A stretch of DNA of 62,260 nucleotides, counting the filler, from Stramenopiles sp. TOSAG23-6 (taxonomy: Eukaryota): assembly GCA_900128565.1 (NCBI GenBank). It is 31 parts of 31 records of this genome, joined end to end, with 100 filler letters (N's around TTAATTAATTAA, not from the genome) between each part and the next. Parts side by side here need not be neighbours in the genome. Positions count along the whole stretch, not along the records: positions 12,135 to 14,054 come from LT638452.1; positions 14,155 to 16,074 come from LT638453.1; positions 16,175 to 18,094 come from LT638454.1; positions 18,195 to 20,111 come from LT638455.1; positions 20,212 to 22,128 come from LT638456.1; positions 22,229 to 24,144 come from LT638457.1; positions 24,245 to 26,158 come from LT638458.1; 24 more parts are not named here. One strand, 5' to 3'. Below the pieces are notes generated by a model, which was given only the letters and a program-made list of their open reading frames with translations, was not told the origin of the DNA and did not search any database. The translations under genes and the position numbers were made by a program. Positions 12,135 to 25,538 of the stretch are shown piece by piece. Position 1 is the stretch's first letter. The number at the start of each line of letters is the position of its first letter.

Positions 12135-13255
12135 GTTGGTATTGCGCCAGATATTTCAGTGTTAGACAAGTACAATTCTTTGAGATTTGATAATTGACCA
12201 ATTTCTTTTGGAATTGAACCAGATAGTTTGTTGTTTTGCAAGAGCAACCAGTCGAGCTTTGTTAGTTGACGAATTTCACTTGGTATTGGACCAGATAGTT
12301 TGTTTTCGTACAAGTACAGTTTTTTGAGATTTGATAATCGACCAATTTCAGGAGGAATTGAACCAGTTAGTTGGTTATATCCCAATTGCAATTCTTTGAG
12401 ATTTGATAATTGACCAATTTCATTTGGTATAGAGCCAGATAAAAGGTTCACTCTCAAGTTCAAAGAAGTAACACTCCCTTCTTTATTACAAATGACTCCA
12501 AACCATTCACAAATATTTGTATCTGTGTTCCAATTATTTTGACGTCTCCAATTACCTCCATCTGTACTTTCATAAAATGCAGTCAAAGCTTTTCTTTCCA
12601 TCACGCTTTCTATACGGAGTATCCAGTCATCACGACTTTCGTCTTCAATCCTTGTAAGGGTGAGTTTTTCGTTTTCTTCTTTTCCCATTGCTTTGGAGCG
12701 ATTAGGAAAAATAAATCTGTGAATTCTGTGTACACGGTATAGCCACTTTAATAAAGGTTCGCTTTCTGGTTTTTCGGTGGATTCTCTTATTTGTTCAACA
12801 GTCGTGTATTGTCCGAATTCTCTTGCAACTTCCCAGAAGAAATCTTGGGCCATTGGTTCAAAATAAGCTTCACGGACCATTTGTCGCGTCTCTCGATTTG
12901 TATCGGAAAGAGATTTCATTTCAGATTTTTTGAGATATTGACTTAAGGTAGTTACGATTTCAGGTGTGAATTTGAATGCTGGTAAATCCTTCAAAGTCAT
13001 TGCTGAACTAGAAGGATCAACCGATGTGCCAAGAATTTCGGGTTCGGGCTCCGGCAACCACGGTTCGGGCTCCGGCCCCCACGTATAGTTCTCTCCAGCG
13101 ATTGTATCGATCTTCGGGAGTGCACCCCCATGATTGGTTGTTGAGTCTTGCGGTTTTTGTTGACTTTGTTCAGCTTTACGAAAAGCGGTAGCTGCTTCAC
13201 CGTGATATACATATGAAGATGCAAGTAGCATTGTACACAGTATGAACTTAATCAT
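12135..13255 (-). CDS. Secreted protein with plant-type leucine-rich repeats (3' partial)
   Basis: Signal peptide, LRRNT (ALTAFYEST.G.NW..W...CEWFGV.C), repeats LSGSIPxEIGQLSNLKELxL. Confidence 0.9.
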
Positions 13256-14000
13256 TTTAATGTATGCGCTTAGATCACTCGAACTTTTTATTATTTTTTA
13301 AATTCGTCTTGGAAGTTGAATACTAAAAAATGCTCTATCGAAAAAAGAACAACAGATACCGAGGCCAGTCAGTTCCAACAGAACAACCGCGTGTCACCAA
13401 AGAGTGGAACCTCACTGTTTGGTTAGTAGTAGTACCGGGTATCTTTTTCGAACTAAAAACTCTCTCCTTTCTCTTCAATCGTTGGTTACTAGTACGTACT
13501 AAAAAAAACACTATTACATGAAGAGAAAAAAACTTCGTTTTTGCACTTCACGTCGTAATTCCTGTATGACTTTCATTTGGATAGATTGTATTGAATAGTG
13601 TTTTATATCATTTGCCTCTTTGTTGTTTATATTTGAGGAGACAAACATATGTACTGATATATTGAGCTGCTGCATTACGTACGTATAGAGAATGTCGCAA
13701 TCTCCCCCCCCCCGGGTCGCACTGGACAACAAGAAGCTGTCTATAACAACAATGTACCCAATGAACAATACTTCAATCAACCAAATAAGCAGTACAATAC
13801 TATAGGGTATAACAATACTGGTAGGAATAGTCGTAACAATACTACTCCTAGTGATTCTGATGGACGTAGTTACAAAGAATCGGAATCTTCGTTTATTCCT
13901 ATTCAAAATAATCCGCACTTTAGTTCACAAAGCAGTAGAAGCCACAGTTCTACACAAAGAGATTTACGAGGAGAGTATGTGCAATCACAAGGAAGATATC

Positions 14001-14053
<53 letters not shown>

Positions 14054-14250
14054 CNNNNNNNNNNNNNNNNNNNNNNNNNNNNNNNNNNNNNNNNNNNNTT
14101 AATTAATTAANNNNNNNNNNNNNNNNNNNNNNNNNNNNNNNNNNNNNNNNNNNNATTTTGGAAAAATATTTCAAAAAAAAATCATTAGGTACAAAATTTC
14201 GTACGAAAAAAAACTCGATTTTTTTTGTTTAAAAAAAAAATAAAACATAC

Positions 14251-15158
14251 AAGTAATTCTGGCAATTTCCTTCAAATCTCTTCAAAGATTTCTGCAACGC
14301 AGCAGTTGATTTTTGATGCTGTCTGCAAACATGGGCAAATACAACTGAATGAATTTGAGACATTAGATAACTTTCCACAACTTGATGAAATTGATCCCAA
14401 TAAACACGTTCAATTCCATTTTTCTTTTCTTTACTTGTACAACAGACAATTTGCTCAGTTGCAGTTTGACAATGCTTTTGAATGCAAGCTCGAGCACTTG
14501 GTCGAACAAAACGTAAACCATTTCCAGATTTTAGTTTACTAATTCGAATTATCTCAGCTGAAAATTCGTCCATTGATTTTAGAATAGAATCCACTCCAGG
14601 GTGAAATAAAAGTAAGGCAGTGAATTTATTGAGCATTTCTCGACTCATGTTATCACTACCATATGGAGCTTCTAAACCTCCAACCAGTGGACGACTAAGA
14701 TAGATAATACTAATCGAATTGGGCTGCGATAAATCTTCCAAATCACCCGAATTTATACTGGTTTGAACAGACATTCCTTTACTATTATCTAAATTTTCAT
14801 CAATGTCCAAGCTATCAATCACGATTTCTTGAGTATAAATAATTTCTATCTTTTTCTTGCAAAAATCTCCCCCTGGGTATTTTCTAATATTTTCTAGCAT
14901 TATGTCATTACCCGAGATTCGTACACGTAAACCACTCATTGTTCGATAAATACTTTTAGGGGTTTCCCCCCGAACACTTGGCTCTGGCACCAAAATATGG
15001 TTGTGGATGTCCAAAGAAGTCACAGCACTGACGAATGAACACGATTGTGGTACACATACGATCCACCCGTTGCGCCGTGCATTATTCCAAAGTTGGGAAT
15101 ACACAGGTGAACGGAGAGTTCGATAGAGCAAATTGTTATTAAGAACCTCCACTTGCAT
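14251..15158 (-). CDS. VPS9/ANKRD27(Varp)-like protein, first exon
   Basis: N-terminal WIVCVPQ..HILVP and VESYLMSQIHSVVF resemble the Varp N-terminus; ends at TT|GTATGT. Confidence 0.5.
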
Positions 15159-15368
15159 TCTTAAATAAACCCCCTATTTTCACCAAATTAGAGGCTATTT
15201 CTTTTTTTTTGTTGACCCACTCATCTCATATATAATATGCATCATCATTTTTTTTTTGAGCAAACGCATTTGCAAAGCGAAAAGCACGAAATCATTCCAG
15301 TTTTCAATTCAAAAATCAAATCAAATTGTTACAAAACGTTTATTTACTCTATAATATAATCATTTCTT

Positions 15369-16025
15369 TTAATATCTTCGTCGAATTGCTGGGTTGTTCG
15401 TTTTTCTTTTCTTGTTCTCCGTATTTGTTTTAAAATATTCAGATACTCGTTTTTTTTTCTTTTCTTTTGTTTTCTCATGAATAATTTCTTGAGTACTTTC
15501 TAACACTATTGGATTATTTTCACTGGCTAATACCGATTTGTATCTCGATAATAAAGTAGCCTTTTTACCACTTGTTGATAGATTTCTTTTCTTTAACTCT
15601 GTTTTCAACATAGCAACTGTGAATTTTTTCTTTTGTACCTTTTGTATCTTTTGTATCTTTTGTACATCCTCAATTTCATCCTTTCGTATTAATCCTACTA
15701 TATTGTGAAAAAAAACAAAAATGAAAATTGAAATGAATAACAAAAAATAAATTAAAATTTAAATTTAAAATTGAAATTTCAATTTTAAATAAGGCATTTA
15801 CAATGAATGAAAAAAACATACACGCCTTCTTCAGACGCTTACTCACGACCTCGCCAACTAATTTACCATCATCATATTTTAAAAACCAATTGTCCAAAGT
15901 TTTTTGTCTTTTTCTATTTTTTGATTTTTCTAAATCGGCCAAGATCGATTTGGTTTTATTAGCAGAATAGCAAAGTTTTACCTCACAAAATTTTATTAAA
16001 TCATTATTATTTATACTGCCCCACA
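15369..16025 (-). CDS. XPG/Rad2 endonuclease C-terminus with SAP motif; GT-AG intron 15698-15821
   Basis: WG...LIKFC..L....QKTLDNWF...VVSKRLKKA; SAP motif TVAMLKTELKKRNLSTSGKKATLLSR. Confidence 0.65.
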
Positions 16026-16871
16026 TGTATTGTAAAAAAAATTAAATTCGAAATTTGTTAGGTACAAAATTTCGNNNNNNNNNNNNNNNNNNNNNNNNNN
16101 NNNNNNNNNNNNNNNNNNTTAATTAATTAANNNNNNNNNNNNNNNNNNNNNNNNNNNNNNNNNNNNNNNNNNNNATACATNCATAAATNTTATTATNCTC
16201 TATTGTATCACTATTATACTTGACCGTTCAATGTTGAACTTCTAGTAGTATAAATGGTTTGTCTCAACACATACAAGCATATTTTGATATGAAATACATG
16301 CAATAGTGTAACCCCAACGCTTCACATTAGTATATATATATATTGTGAGCGAAACGTTACGTTAAAGTACTCAAAAATATATACTAAAACATTTATTATA
16401 GCACTACTTCTGGTACAAGAAATGAGAAAGATGCTCAGTTTGGAAATGTCATTCACAACTTCCAAATTGAATTCAAAATAATAAATGAATCAGACTGTAG
16501 CTTTGCATATGTACTAATCATGTGTACTCATAGCAGTATGTAGCTCGGCGTTCCATAATATTTCTATGAACATTGTCATTGAGATGCACTAAAGAGCAAC
16601 TAGAAAGATACTATAATATCAAGGTAAATCATAGGTAAATCCTATATAGTAAATTGCCACGTGGCGGTTGTCTCATATTTTGTAAAATCTCATATTCTGA
16701 TCTGCGGTGGACATGTTTGTTCCATAAATTTGATTGCATTGATAGATTCTCAGAACGTTTTTTTTGAATAAAAGCAAAAGAAAAGCAAAGGTCTCTTTTA
16801 TGTTTCGTTTACATAAAGTCTTTTGGGACCATCTGGAATATAAGAATCAAGAAAGACAATATTTATAGTAT

Positions 16872-17864
16872 ATGAAAGGCTCAAGGGAAAGAAATTATGC
16901 CAAGGTAAACGAAAATCGTCCTGAGGAGTATTGGAACTATGAGAAGTTACGGGTTACTTGGGGTGAGCAGGATGACTATGAAGTAACAAGGAAGATTGGC
17001 CGTGGAAAATACAGTGAAGTCTTTAAAGGGCGTAATATTCGAAATAGCCATACATGTGTAGTCAAAGTTTTAAAACCAGTGCGAAAGAAGAAAATCAAGA
17101 GAGAGATAAAAATTTTGCAAAATATTTGTGGTGGGCCCAATATTGTACAACTTCTTGATGTTGTCATTGATAGTCATTCAAAAACTCCTTCCCTAATTTT
17201 TGAATGGGTAAACAACACAGATTTTAGAACGTTATACCCTACCCTCTCGGATGTTGACGTTCGATTTTATATGTATGAGCTTCTAAGAGCATTAGACTTT
17301 AGTCATTCTCAAGGAATCATTCATCGAGATGTAAAACCACAGAATGTCATGATTGACCACAAAAGACGAAAGCTCCACTTAATTGACTGGGGCCTTGCAG
17401 AATTCTATCATCCAGATAAGGAGTATAATGTACGAGTTGCGTCTAGGTATTTTAAAGGACCGGAATTATTGGTTGGCATTCGTTATTATGATTATTCGTT
17501 GGATTTGTGGAGCTTTGGTGCAATGTTATGTGGAATTGTTTTTTGTCGGAATCCGATGTTTAAGGGATGTGACAACCAAGATCAATTAGTGAAAATTGCA
17601 GAAATATTGGGAACATCAGAGTTAAGTAGATATCTAAATTCATATGACATTGTCTTAGATTCACATTTTGATGGTTTACTGGAAAAGTATGCGGACATCG
17701 GTCCAAACATAGATTGGTCATATTTTGAAGATAAAAAAAATAGAAAATATCAAAGTTCAGATTTGTATGACCTACTAGACGGGCTTATGAAATATGATCA
17801 CACTGCCCGATTGACTGCAGCAGAAGCAATGCATATGCCATATTTTGATATGGTTCGTCAATGA
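16872..17864 (+). CDS. CSNK2A: Casein kinase II alpha catalytic subunit, complete and intronless
   Basis: [56 protein letters not shown]. Confidence 0.97.
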   Translation: MKGSRERNYAKVNENRPEEYWNYEKLRVTWGEQDDYEVTRKIGRGKYSEVFKGRNIRNSHTCVVKVLKPVRKKKIKREIKILQNICGGPNIVQLLDVVIDSHSKTPSLIFEWVNNTDFRTLYPTLSDVDVRFYMYELLRALDFSHSQGIIHRDVKPQNVMIDHKRRKLHLIDWGLAEFYHPDKEYNVRVASRYFKGPELLVGIRYYDYSLDLWSFGAMLCGIVFCRNPMFKGCDNQDQLVKIAEILGTSELSRYLNSYDIVLDSHFDGLLEKYADIGPNIDWSYFEDKKNRKYQSSDLYDLLDGLMKYDHTARLTAAEAMHMPYFDMVRQ

Positions 17865-18248
17865 ATCAAAAGTACATTTTAATAAAAAAGGTTTTAAAAC
17901 GATTTCGATCATTATTTATTTTCGTTTTTGACCAGATTTTGTGGTATTTTATGTTTGCATTCGTGAAATACTCGTGAATATAATCAAACATACCATTTGG
18001 TATTATAGATTCCATTTTTTAAGCTTGGGGGGAAACAAAAATGATATCTATAGGCATTCAAAGACAATACTTCAGAAATGGCGCAAACCTGTTANNNNNN
18101 NNNNNNNNNNNNNNNNNNNNNNNNNNNNNNNNNNNNNNTTAATTAATTAANNNNNNNNNNNNNNNNNNNNNNNNNNNNNNNNNNNNNNNNNNNNTTTGTA
18201 CCTAACAAATTTAAGTTTTTTTTTTTGAAATATTTTTCCAAAATACAT

Positions 18249-18954
18249 TTGAAAATGAAACTCCAGTAGAAGAAGTCCGTCAAGCTCAGCATGATGCTGC
18301 GAGACATGCAAAGGAGATGATTATTGTCCAGTCTCAACTCCAGGATGTACGTTTTAATGATGAATTTAATTGTTCTTTTTGTACCAAATTTCATACCTAA
18401 CATTTTTTTTTTACGAAAAACGAAAAAAAAAAAGATATTTTTTGACAATACATGTTGCCCATCTTGCGAATGAAGTCGATAATATGGATTTAAAAGATAC
18501 ATTGGATAAATTAAACTGTGAACATCCACAGCAAGCAATCCGAGGTGACTTACAAAATGAACGAGTTGCGTATCATGTACTTTTTCATCATGAATTTCAA
18601 TTTTATTTTATTTTGTACGAAATTTCGTACCTAACAAATTTTGAATTTAACTTTTTTTTTTTTTTTTTTTTTTTCACGATACATGAGAAAATGCGATCCA
18701 GATTGAAGACACAAGAAAATGCATTATGTAGTGGTAATGTAAAGTACGTGACGTCGCATGATGTAAGTAATAAACGTCCATCTAATGCGGAAGGGAAAGG
18801 TTTAGACATTACAAGTAGTATTAAGGAAATTGATATATCACGAAATATACAAGAAAATGTTCACCCTGTTGTATTTTCGCCGCAAACTTCTTCATCTTTT
18901 AGAGAAAATCAACGAAAAATAGAACAACAATGGCGATCTCCTGTTGTTCCTTGA
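18249..18954 (+). CDS. Hypothetical protein, 3' exons; GT-AT introns 18347-18453 and 18577-18684
   Basis: QLQD|VAHL and AYH|EKMR join in frame. Confidence 0.6.
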
Positions 18955-19181
18955 TCATAAACTATTGTTTCATTGTATTCTGAATTGTATAAATAAAAAG
19001 TAGAAAATCTTTACAATTCAAATCAAAAATATCTATTTTACTTTGTTATGAGACTAAAACCAAAGGTATATAGAATTAAGCTTATGGTCGTCAGGACTAT
19101 CTCTCTTTCTCTGATCATTTCTAACTCTCTCTTTCTCTGATCATTTCTAACTCTCTCTTTCACTTTTACTTTAGTATGAGA

Positions 19182-20056
19182 TTAAAAAAACCAAGTATCT
19201 CTCTCTCTGAGCATTTCTAAACTCTCTTTCACTTTCGAAGCGGACTCTCTATGACCCCGATCTTCCGTTATCATTGGTGCTAGTATTATCACTAATGAAT
19301 CTTTTTCTAGGTCACTCATCTGATTCCAAAGATATAAACGAGATTGGTTTGCTTTGCCAATGTTTTCAGTCGCCTTTTCATCTAAAAACCTTCGAAGTGT
19401 AATAACAGGATCCATAGCGAAGAGGGTTGGATGTCGTAAACTACTTTTCGATGACCGAATAAAATAGACATTCTTAACAAAGTCTTGGAGGAAGGTATTA
19501 TGTATTTTGGAAAAATATTTCAAAAAAAAATTTGTTAGGTACAAAATTTCGTACGAAAAAAAAAATAGAATTTGAAAAAAAATAAAACATACATACTCCC
19601 ACTGTCTATAAAATGAAGGACCATAAAGGAGATGCAGTATAGTCATTCCAGCTGCAAACATATCCATACCCATTAAACCTTGACGTGTTTTTAATTTACT
19701 TGAAAATCGTACAATTCTTTCAGAAATGGAATCAGTTACTTCCGCGTATTGTTGGGCTGCATATGTGTAAAAAAAATGTATTTTGGAAAAATATTTCAAA
19801 AAAAATATCGTTAGGTACAAAATTTTTATAAAAAAAAAATTTCGAATTTGAAAAAAAGTAAAACATACATGCTCACTGTAGATATGAGTTGTAGATCTAG
19901 GATCACAAGCAAGTCCAGAAAATTCGTGTTCGTGAGCATATCTTTTCAAACGTTGTTTGATGTGTATTTCAAAATTTTCTGCTGTCAATTTGTTATATTG
20001 TGGAAACTCTGACTTGAATTCTTCACTTAACTTTTTTTGCATCTCTTTTTCCTTGT
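19182..20056 (-). CDS. Divergent protein kinase C-lobe; GT-AT introns 19776-19868 and 19500-19592
   Basis: DMFAAGMTILHLLYG (subdomain IX-like) and MITEDRGHRESA (XI-like). Confidence 0.55.
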
Positions 20057-20267
20057 ATGTATTTTGGAAAAATATTTCAAAAAAAAATCTAAAAAAATTT
20101 GTTAGGTACAANNNNNNNNNNNNNNNNNNNNNNNNNNNNNNNNNNNNNNNNNNNNTTAATTAATTAANNNNNNNNNNNNNNNNNNNNNNNNNNNNNNNNN
20201 NNNNNNNNNNNTTTTGTACCTAACAAATTTAAGTTTTTTTTTTTTGAAATATTTTTCCAAAATACAT

Positions 20268-21024
20268 CTTACGTCAAAATGATTCAGCTGAAATGAAATT
20301 AGCACATAAAAATGAAATAGAGTCAATAAAAACAACACACCAGAATAATATTGATACCTTACGTGAAACGTCCGCACAGAGAATCTTTAATTTGCAAATG
20401 GAGCTTAATGAAATGCATGCTAATGAAGTAGCTAGTATTAAAGATGAGTATGAAACTCATCTAACAGTAATAAAATCAAGTCATTCAAATGAGATTCGAC
20501 AGCTAAATGAAGCATTCAATAGTAAAAAGGTTGCTGCAGCATCAGCAAAAACTTCAAAACTAAAAAACGAATCATTGAGAAAAAACTTGTCCCATCATAA
20601 TTACGCTACTACACATTCTGAAATTCGTCAATCGCCTAACGAGGATGAAACAAATTTCTTCAGAGATTCAAACAATGTGAAAAAAACAAATCATCATCCA
20701 TTTTTTCATCACACAAAGCATCGAAAACATACAACCAATACACTAAATACAACCAATACAAACAATACAAAACATCATACAAACAATACAAACAATACAA
20801 CCAATACAACCAATACAAACAATACAAAACATCATACAAAACATCATACAAACAATACAACCAATACAAACAATACAAACGATGTAAAACGACGTGTAGC
20901 AAATAGTAAAAAATACAATTCTAGTTTCAAGAATATGCAGAATTCTGCAGATCAACAAGAAGAAGAGTTAAGGGAATGGATGAAGAAGCTTAAAACATCA
21001 ATGATAGGTCGAGGTAAAAATTAA
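20268..21024 (+). CDS. Coiled-coil protein last exon with Asn/Thr/His low-complexity repeats
   Basis: Open frame following the introner end TACAT; heptads and TNNTKHH repeats. Confidence 0.55.
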
Positions 21025-21563
21025 AAATGAATGACTTTTTAATCATTCTAAAAATTAAAAAAAAGAGAAATCAAAAGTTTGTTAGGTACAAAATTATCTA
21101 CGAAAAACAACCCCCCCCATCAATGATAGGTCGAGGTAAAAATTAAAAATGAATCACTTTTTAATCATTCTAAAAATAGTACAATAAATTTACAGTTTTC
21201 ATTATATAGATTTATAATGTAAAGTCTCATAAATACTATGAATTTTTTTGTTTTTTACAATTAAACCAAAAAACAAAAACCTTTCAAAAATGCATCTATT
21301 TTTTGAGTATCTTTTTGAGTATCCAAAAATAATCACAAAAAAAAAAAAAAAAGTCAAAAATAGTATTTTTATCACTCAACACTATAATTTAAATTACAAA
21401 TTAATACACATTGTTTTCTTTTGTTTTTTTTGGATTATTTCCTCGTAAAATAGTATGTTAAAAAATATTTTTTTTTTCGTAAAAAAAAAAATAAAAATTG
21501 TTAGGTACAAAATTTACTACGAAAATAATTTTTGTAGGTAAAAAAGTATTGATAAAAACGTAC

Positions 21564-21971
21564 ATAGATTCTTCAAATGTTCTCCTGAACATCCATATTG
21601 ATAGCAAAATACACGGAATAACTAAAGCAACAAGAATAGCATTCTGTGGTCTATAATCACCATTAAATTTCTTTGCCATGTTTTTTGTACAAATATTAAA
21701 AAAAAATTAATTTTTTTTTGTTAGGTATACAATTTTGTATGAAATTTTTTTTTTTTTTAACGTCAATGAAAAAAAAGAAAATTACATTTTATCTAACGGA
21801 ATTAACAAAAGTTGAATGGGTGATGATAGTGTATACATTAATCCACTACAACGACCAACATTCTGAGGTCCAAATATTTTCTGATTGTATGCAGCGATGG
21901 TAGAGTATAAAAGAGCCCGGTACGCTGTATATAATAGAGTAGTCACTACTTGAACCTTTATATATGGAATC
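21564..21971 (-). CDS. MFS transporter (SLC43/Fmp42-like), C-terminal exons
   Basis: YRALLYSTIAAYNQKIFGPQNVGRCSGLMY; hydrophobic helices; one GT-AT intron. Confidence 0.55.
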
Positions 21972-22044
21972 CTGTATTGTGGATTATATATATTTTTTGA
22001 AATTTTTTTCATTTTTTTTATTAGGTACAAATTTTCATAGTAAA

Positions 22045-22076
<32 letters not shown>

Positions 22077-22565
22077 TTTTTTTTGTTAGGGAAAAAATTT
22101 TCTACGAAAAAAAAAAAAAAAAAAAAAANNNNNNNNNNNNNNNNNNNNNNNNNNNNNNNNNNNNNNNNNNNNTTAATTAATTAANNNNNNNNNNNNNNNN
22201 NNNNNNNNNNNNNNNNNNNNNNNNNNNNAAGCCAAAACACTGCGACTATTGGTCAATTAGAATTGATAGGAACTCAGGGATATAGTAGAAAGAAAAAGGA
22301 GTCGATATTCTCTGCATTCCTAGAACAAGGAGCGAATCTTCGTGAAGGCTCTGATTCCGGAGATCCGCAGAAGCTTGCTCCTGAGTCACTGCAGTGTTAT
22401 TGTAAATTCAAAAAACCTAAAATCACTACTGTGCCGGCCAGTCGTTTCAATAATTTAGGTGAAGCTCCTATCTTAACCCCACCATCATGATTTACCTTAA
22501 ACATAAGAAGGTTTAAACCCGTCAAGTGAATATTTACGATTATAAAATATGGCATAAAACAAATA

Positions 22566-24144
22566 TCATTTATATTTTTTCTCGCGATAAATAATTAAAT
22601 ATCCAAAAAATGTTAAAAATATCAAAAACAACAATATGGGTGTTATTTTTCCAGACTTTTTACTACTATTAACATGTTGAGTTATCATCGATTGTGTATG
22701 TGTGCTATTGTTGTTCCAAACTTCGTTGCCTAATATTTGCTTTATCACGGAATCTTCAATAGATTTATCACAACTTTGTCCTGTGAAATTTTCATAGCAA
22801 AAACAGTACGAATCACGACATACTCCATGTGAAGAACAACCGTTGGGACATGATGCGTTAGTTTCTGATATAGAACAATCGTTACCAAGCCTTCCGGCTA
22901 CACACTTACAGACTCCATATTGGCATTCACCCCATCCACTGCAATTATTCAAACATATTTTACTGCTTGGTAATTCTTCAGCACAAATAATGCCTGTATA
23001 ATTCGGATTACAAAAGCATTTCCTACCAACGCAGGTCCCATGACCCGAGCAAGGTTCATTCGGAGATTTTGATGTAATGGATATATTTGATAATTGCAAG
23101 CAGGAATTGTATACCATTTCATTGCAGATTAATCCTGAAAATCCATCGTCACAAAAACATTCGCCATACTTACAAACGCCATGACCAGAACAACTCTCAT
23201 CCTTGCACTGAATTATTTCATTACATTTCATACCAGAGTAACCCGGATAACATTGGCATATATTTTCTATACAAAGTCCGTTGTTACTACAATGGTTAAG
23301 GCTTGAACATCCTCCTTCTTGAAATATTCTTACAACTTTGTGACTACCCAATGCAATATCATAATGTTGATTTAAACTACTCGTAAGGTTGGAGTGTTTG
23401 TGGCGAAATCGTGGCGGTTCTGCTATTGAATTTTGCATCTCCTTACGCATCTTTAATAATGGATCACCTTGGTCCTCAGTCAATATTCTAGTACAATCAA
23501 CACCAGCATAAGGAGGAGGACACTGACACTGCCCTCTCATGCAAATCTTTCTCTCGCCGCAGCCGTCTTTACATCCCTCAAAACGTGCATGTATAGTTTT
23601 TATTGATCGACAAGCTCCTTTCTTTTTTTTTCCTAGTACACACTCACATTTTCCTCTAATACAAACACTATCTTTATCACACCTTCTTGGACAATCTGAC
23701 TCAAACTGACAAAATTCACCGTAGGAACCTTTTTCACACAAACATGTTCCCCATGAACAAATACCGTTATCGTTACAATTGTGTCTACAACTGATGGGTA
23801 AATATTGAGAACAGTCTTTTCCCGTTCTTCCAGGATAACAAATGCACTTATTTAATAAGCAAATTCCTTTAGTAGGACCACCACAATTGTTTGGACAATA
23901 TATTTCTTTCATTTTTCTTTTTAAACCATAGCTACAACTCTTACCTATAAATCCACCACGACACAAACATTTATTTTCAAAACACAGGCCTTGATGTGAA
24001 CAATTATCTATACATATCCCAGTTTTAGGTGTCGTAATTATATCACAATTTTCACCAGTAAATCCTGTTTTGCAAAAGCATTTCCCTAAAGTACACTCGC
24101 CATTCACACCACAAGATTTACCACAAGATACTTTTATACTACAT
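22566..24144 (-). CDS. Tenascin-type EGF-repeat membrane protein, 5' partial, no introns in this part
   Basis: About 11 CxxxCSxxGxCxxGxCxCxxGxxGxxC repeats and a C-terminal TM helix. Confidence 0.9.
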
Positions 24145-24275
24145 NNNNNNNNNNNNNNNNNNNNNNNNNNNNNNNNNNNNNNNNNNNNTTAATTAATTAA
24201 NNNNNNNNNNNNNNNNNNNNNNNNNNNNNNNNNNNNNNNNNNNNTTATCACTCAACATATGTATTTATAATACAA

Positions 24276-25538
24276 ATGGTGCTTACTTTNTCGTTGTTGG
24301 GATCAATTCAATTAAGTTTNTNTTTGAGTAAGAAATNTGGTAATCATGAAGTTGTGATTGATACAATTTGTCTTATTGTTGTTGTCTACAAGGCATATAC
24401 ATTTACCATATCATTGGAAAAGATCACCAAGAGTTCAAAACATATCCACCGAGTTTTGAAATGTATTCAAGACGGTAAGATTGAAATGAGTTCGACAAGC
24501 TTGAGAGGAAATCAAACTAAATGCTGTACACGGAAAATTGTAAAGACTTCTTTTGCATGTACACTCTTACTTGGTTTACTTGGTGGTGTGATTTACTTGA
24601 TTGCAAAAGATCAAGTCTGTGATAAACATGTTGCTGTTATTTGTGAATCTGGAGTTGTGAAAGGAAATGATGTAAGACGACACAGTTGTGGTGAGATAAC
24701 AATCACACAACAATTCGATTTCAAAAATGGAAGATGTTCACTTGATTCAACACATGATGAGTTATTTGATAAATGTCGAGAGACTTGCGGCGGGGAAACA
24801 AAAAATTTGATTTATGCAACAATTAAAAACACCAATACATTTGGGTCGACTAAAAATGGAGATGATTTGGTTTTGATATCAGGTGTTCCAGAGGATACTA
24901 ATGATCGGAGAAGATTGACGGGAACATCGACAGGAACATCGACAGGAACATGCGGAGATTCAACATTGAAAACATGTTGCAATAACTATAAAGCAGCTTG
25001 TGAGAAAGCGAAGGGGAAAGGGATTTGCTTAACTTTTTTTATGAAGTGTATATTGGCTGGACCAGCATGTTGCAATGCAGCAGAAGCAGTCAAAGTATGC
25101 AATGACAAATGGGATAATTGTTATTGCAAAGTCAAATCAACTTCAACATGTGCAGATCCATCTTTTGGAAATGTTGCAAAATGCACACTTCTAGGTGATG
25201 AAAATAAAGATGAAAATAAAGATGAAAATAAAGATGAAGATGAAAATAAAGATGAAGATGAAAATGATAGAAGACTGGACGCTGCCATTAGTCAATGCAA
25301 AAGTAATGTATGTAAATGGACCTGCTGTGATACATTGCATGATGATTGTTTTGATAAGGTTAATACAGATTATGTTAAGGCTGTTGAGGCAACACATTTG
25401 TTTTATGCAGCAAAAAAATCAGGAAGAAAAGATCTTGAAAAAATGAAAGATCTTGAAAGAATTTCAAAAGGAATGTTTGCTATTATTAAGAATGGTGCGA
25501 AACGTGCCAGCGCCAGTGTGCCTGCTACCTTAAGGTGA
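24276..25538 (+). CDS. Cys-rich membrane-anchored hypothetical protein with RRL motifs and DENK repeats
   Basis: TM segment, many Cys, DRRRL/DRRL motifs. Confidence 0.55.
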   Translation: MVLTXSLLGSIQLSXXLSKKXGNHEVVIDTICLIVVVYKAYTFTISLEKITKSSKHIHRVLKCIQDGKIEMSSTSLRGNQTKCCTRKIVKTSFACTLLLGLLGGVIYLIAKDQVCDKHVAVICESGVVKGNDVRRHSCGEITITQQFDFKNGRCSLDSTHDELFDKCRETCGGETKNLIYATIKNTNTFGSTKNGDDLVLISGVPEDTNDRRRLTGTSTGTSTGTCGDSTLKTCCNNYKAACEKAKGKGICLTFFMKCILAGPACCNAAEAVKVCNDKWDNCYCKVKSTSTCADPSFGNVAKCTLLGDENKDENKDENKDEDENKDEDENDRRLDAAISQCKSNVCKWTCCDTLHDDCFDKVNTDYVKAVEATHLFYAAKKSGRKDLEKMKDLERISKGMFAIIKNGAKRASASVPATLR

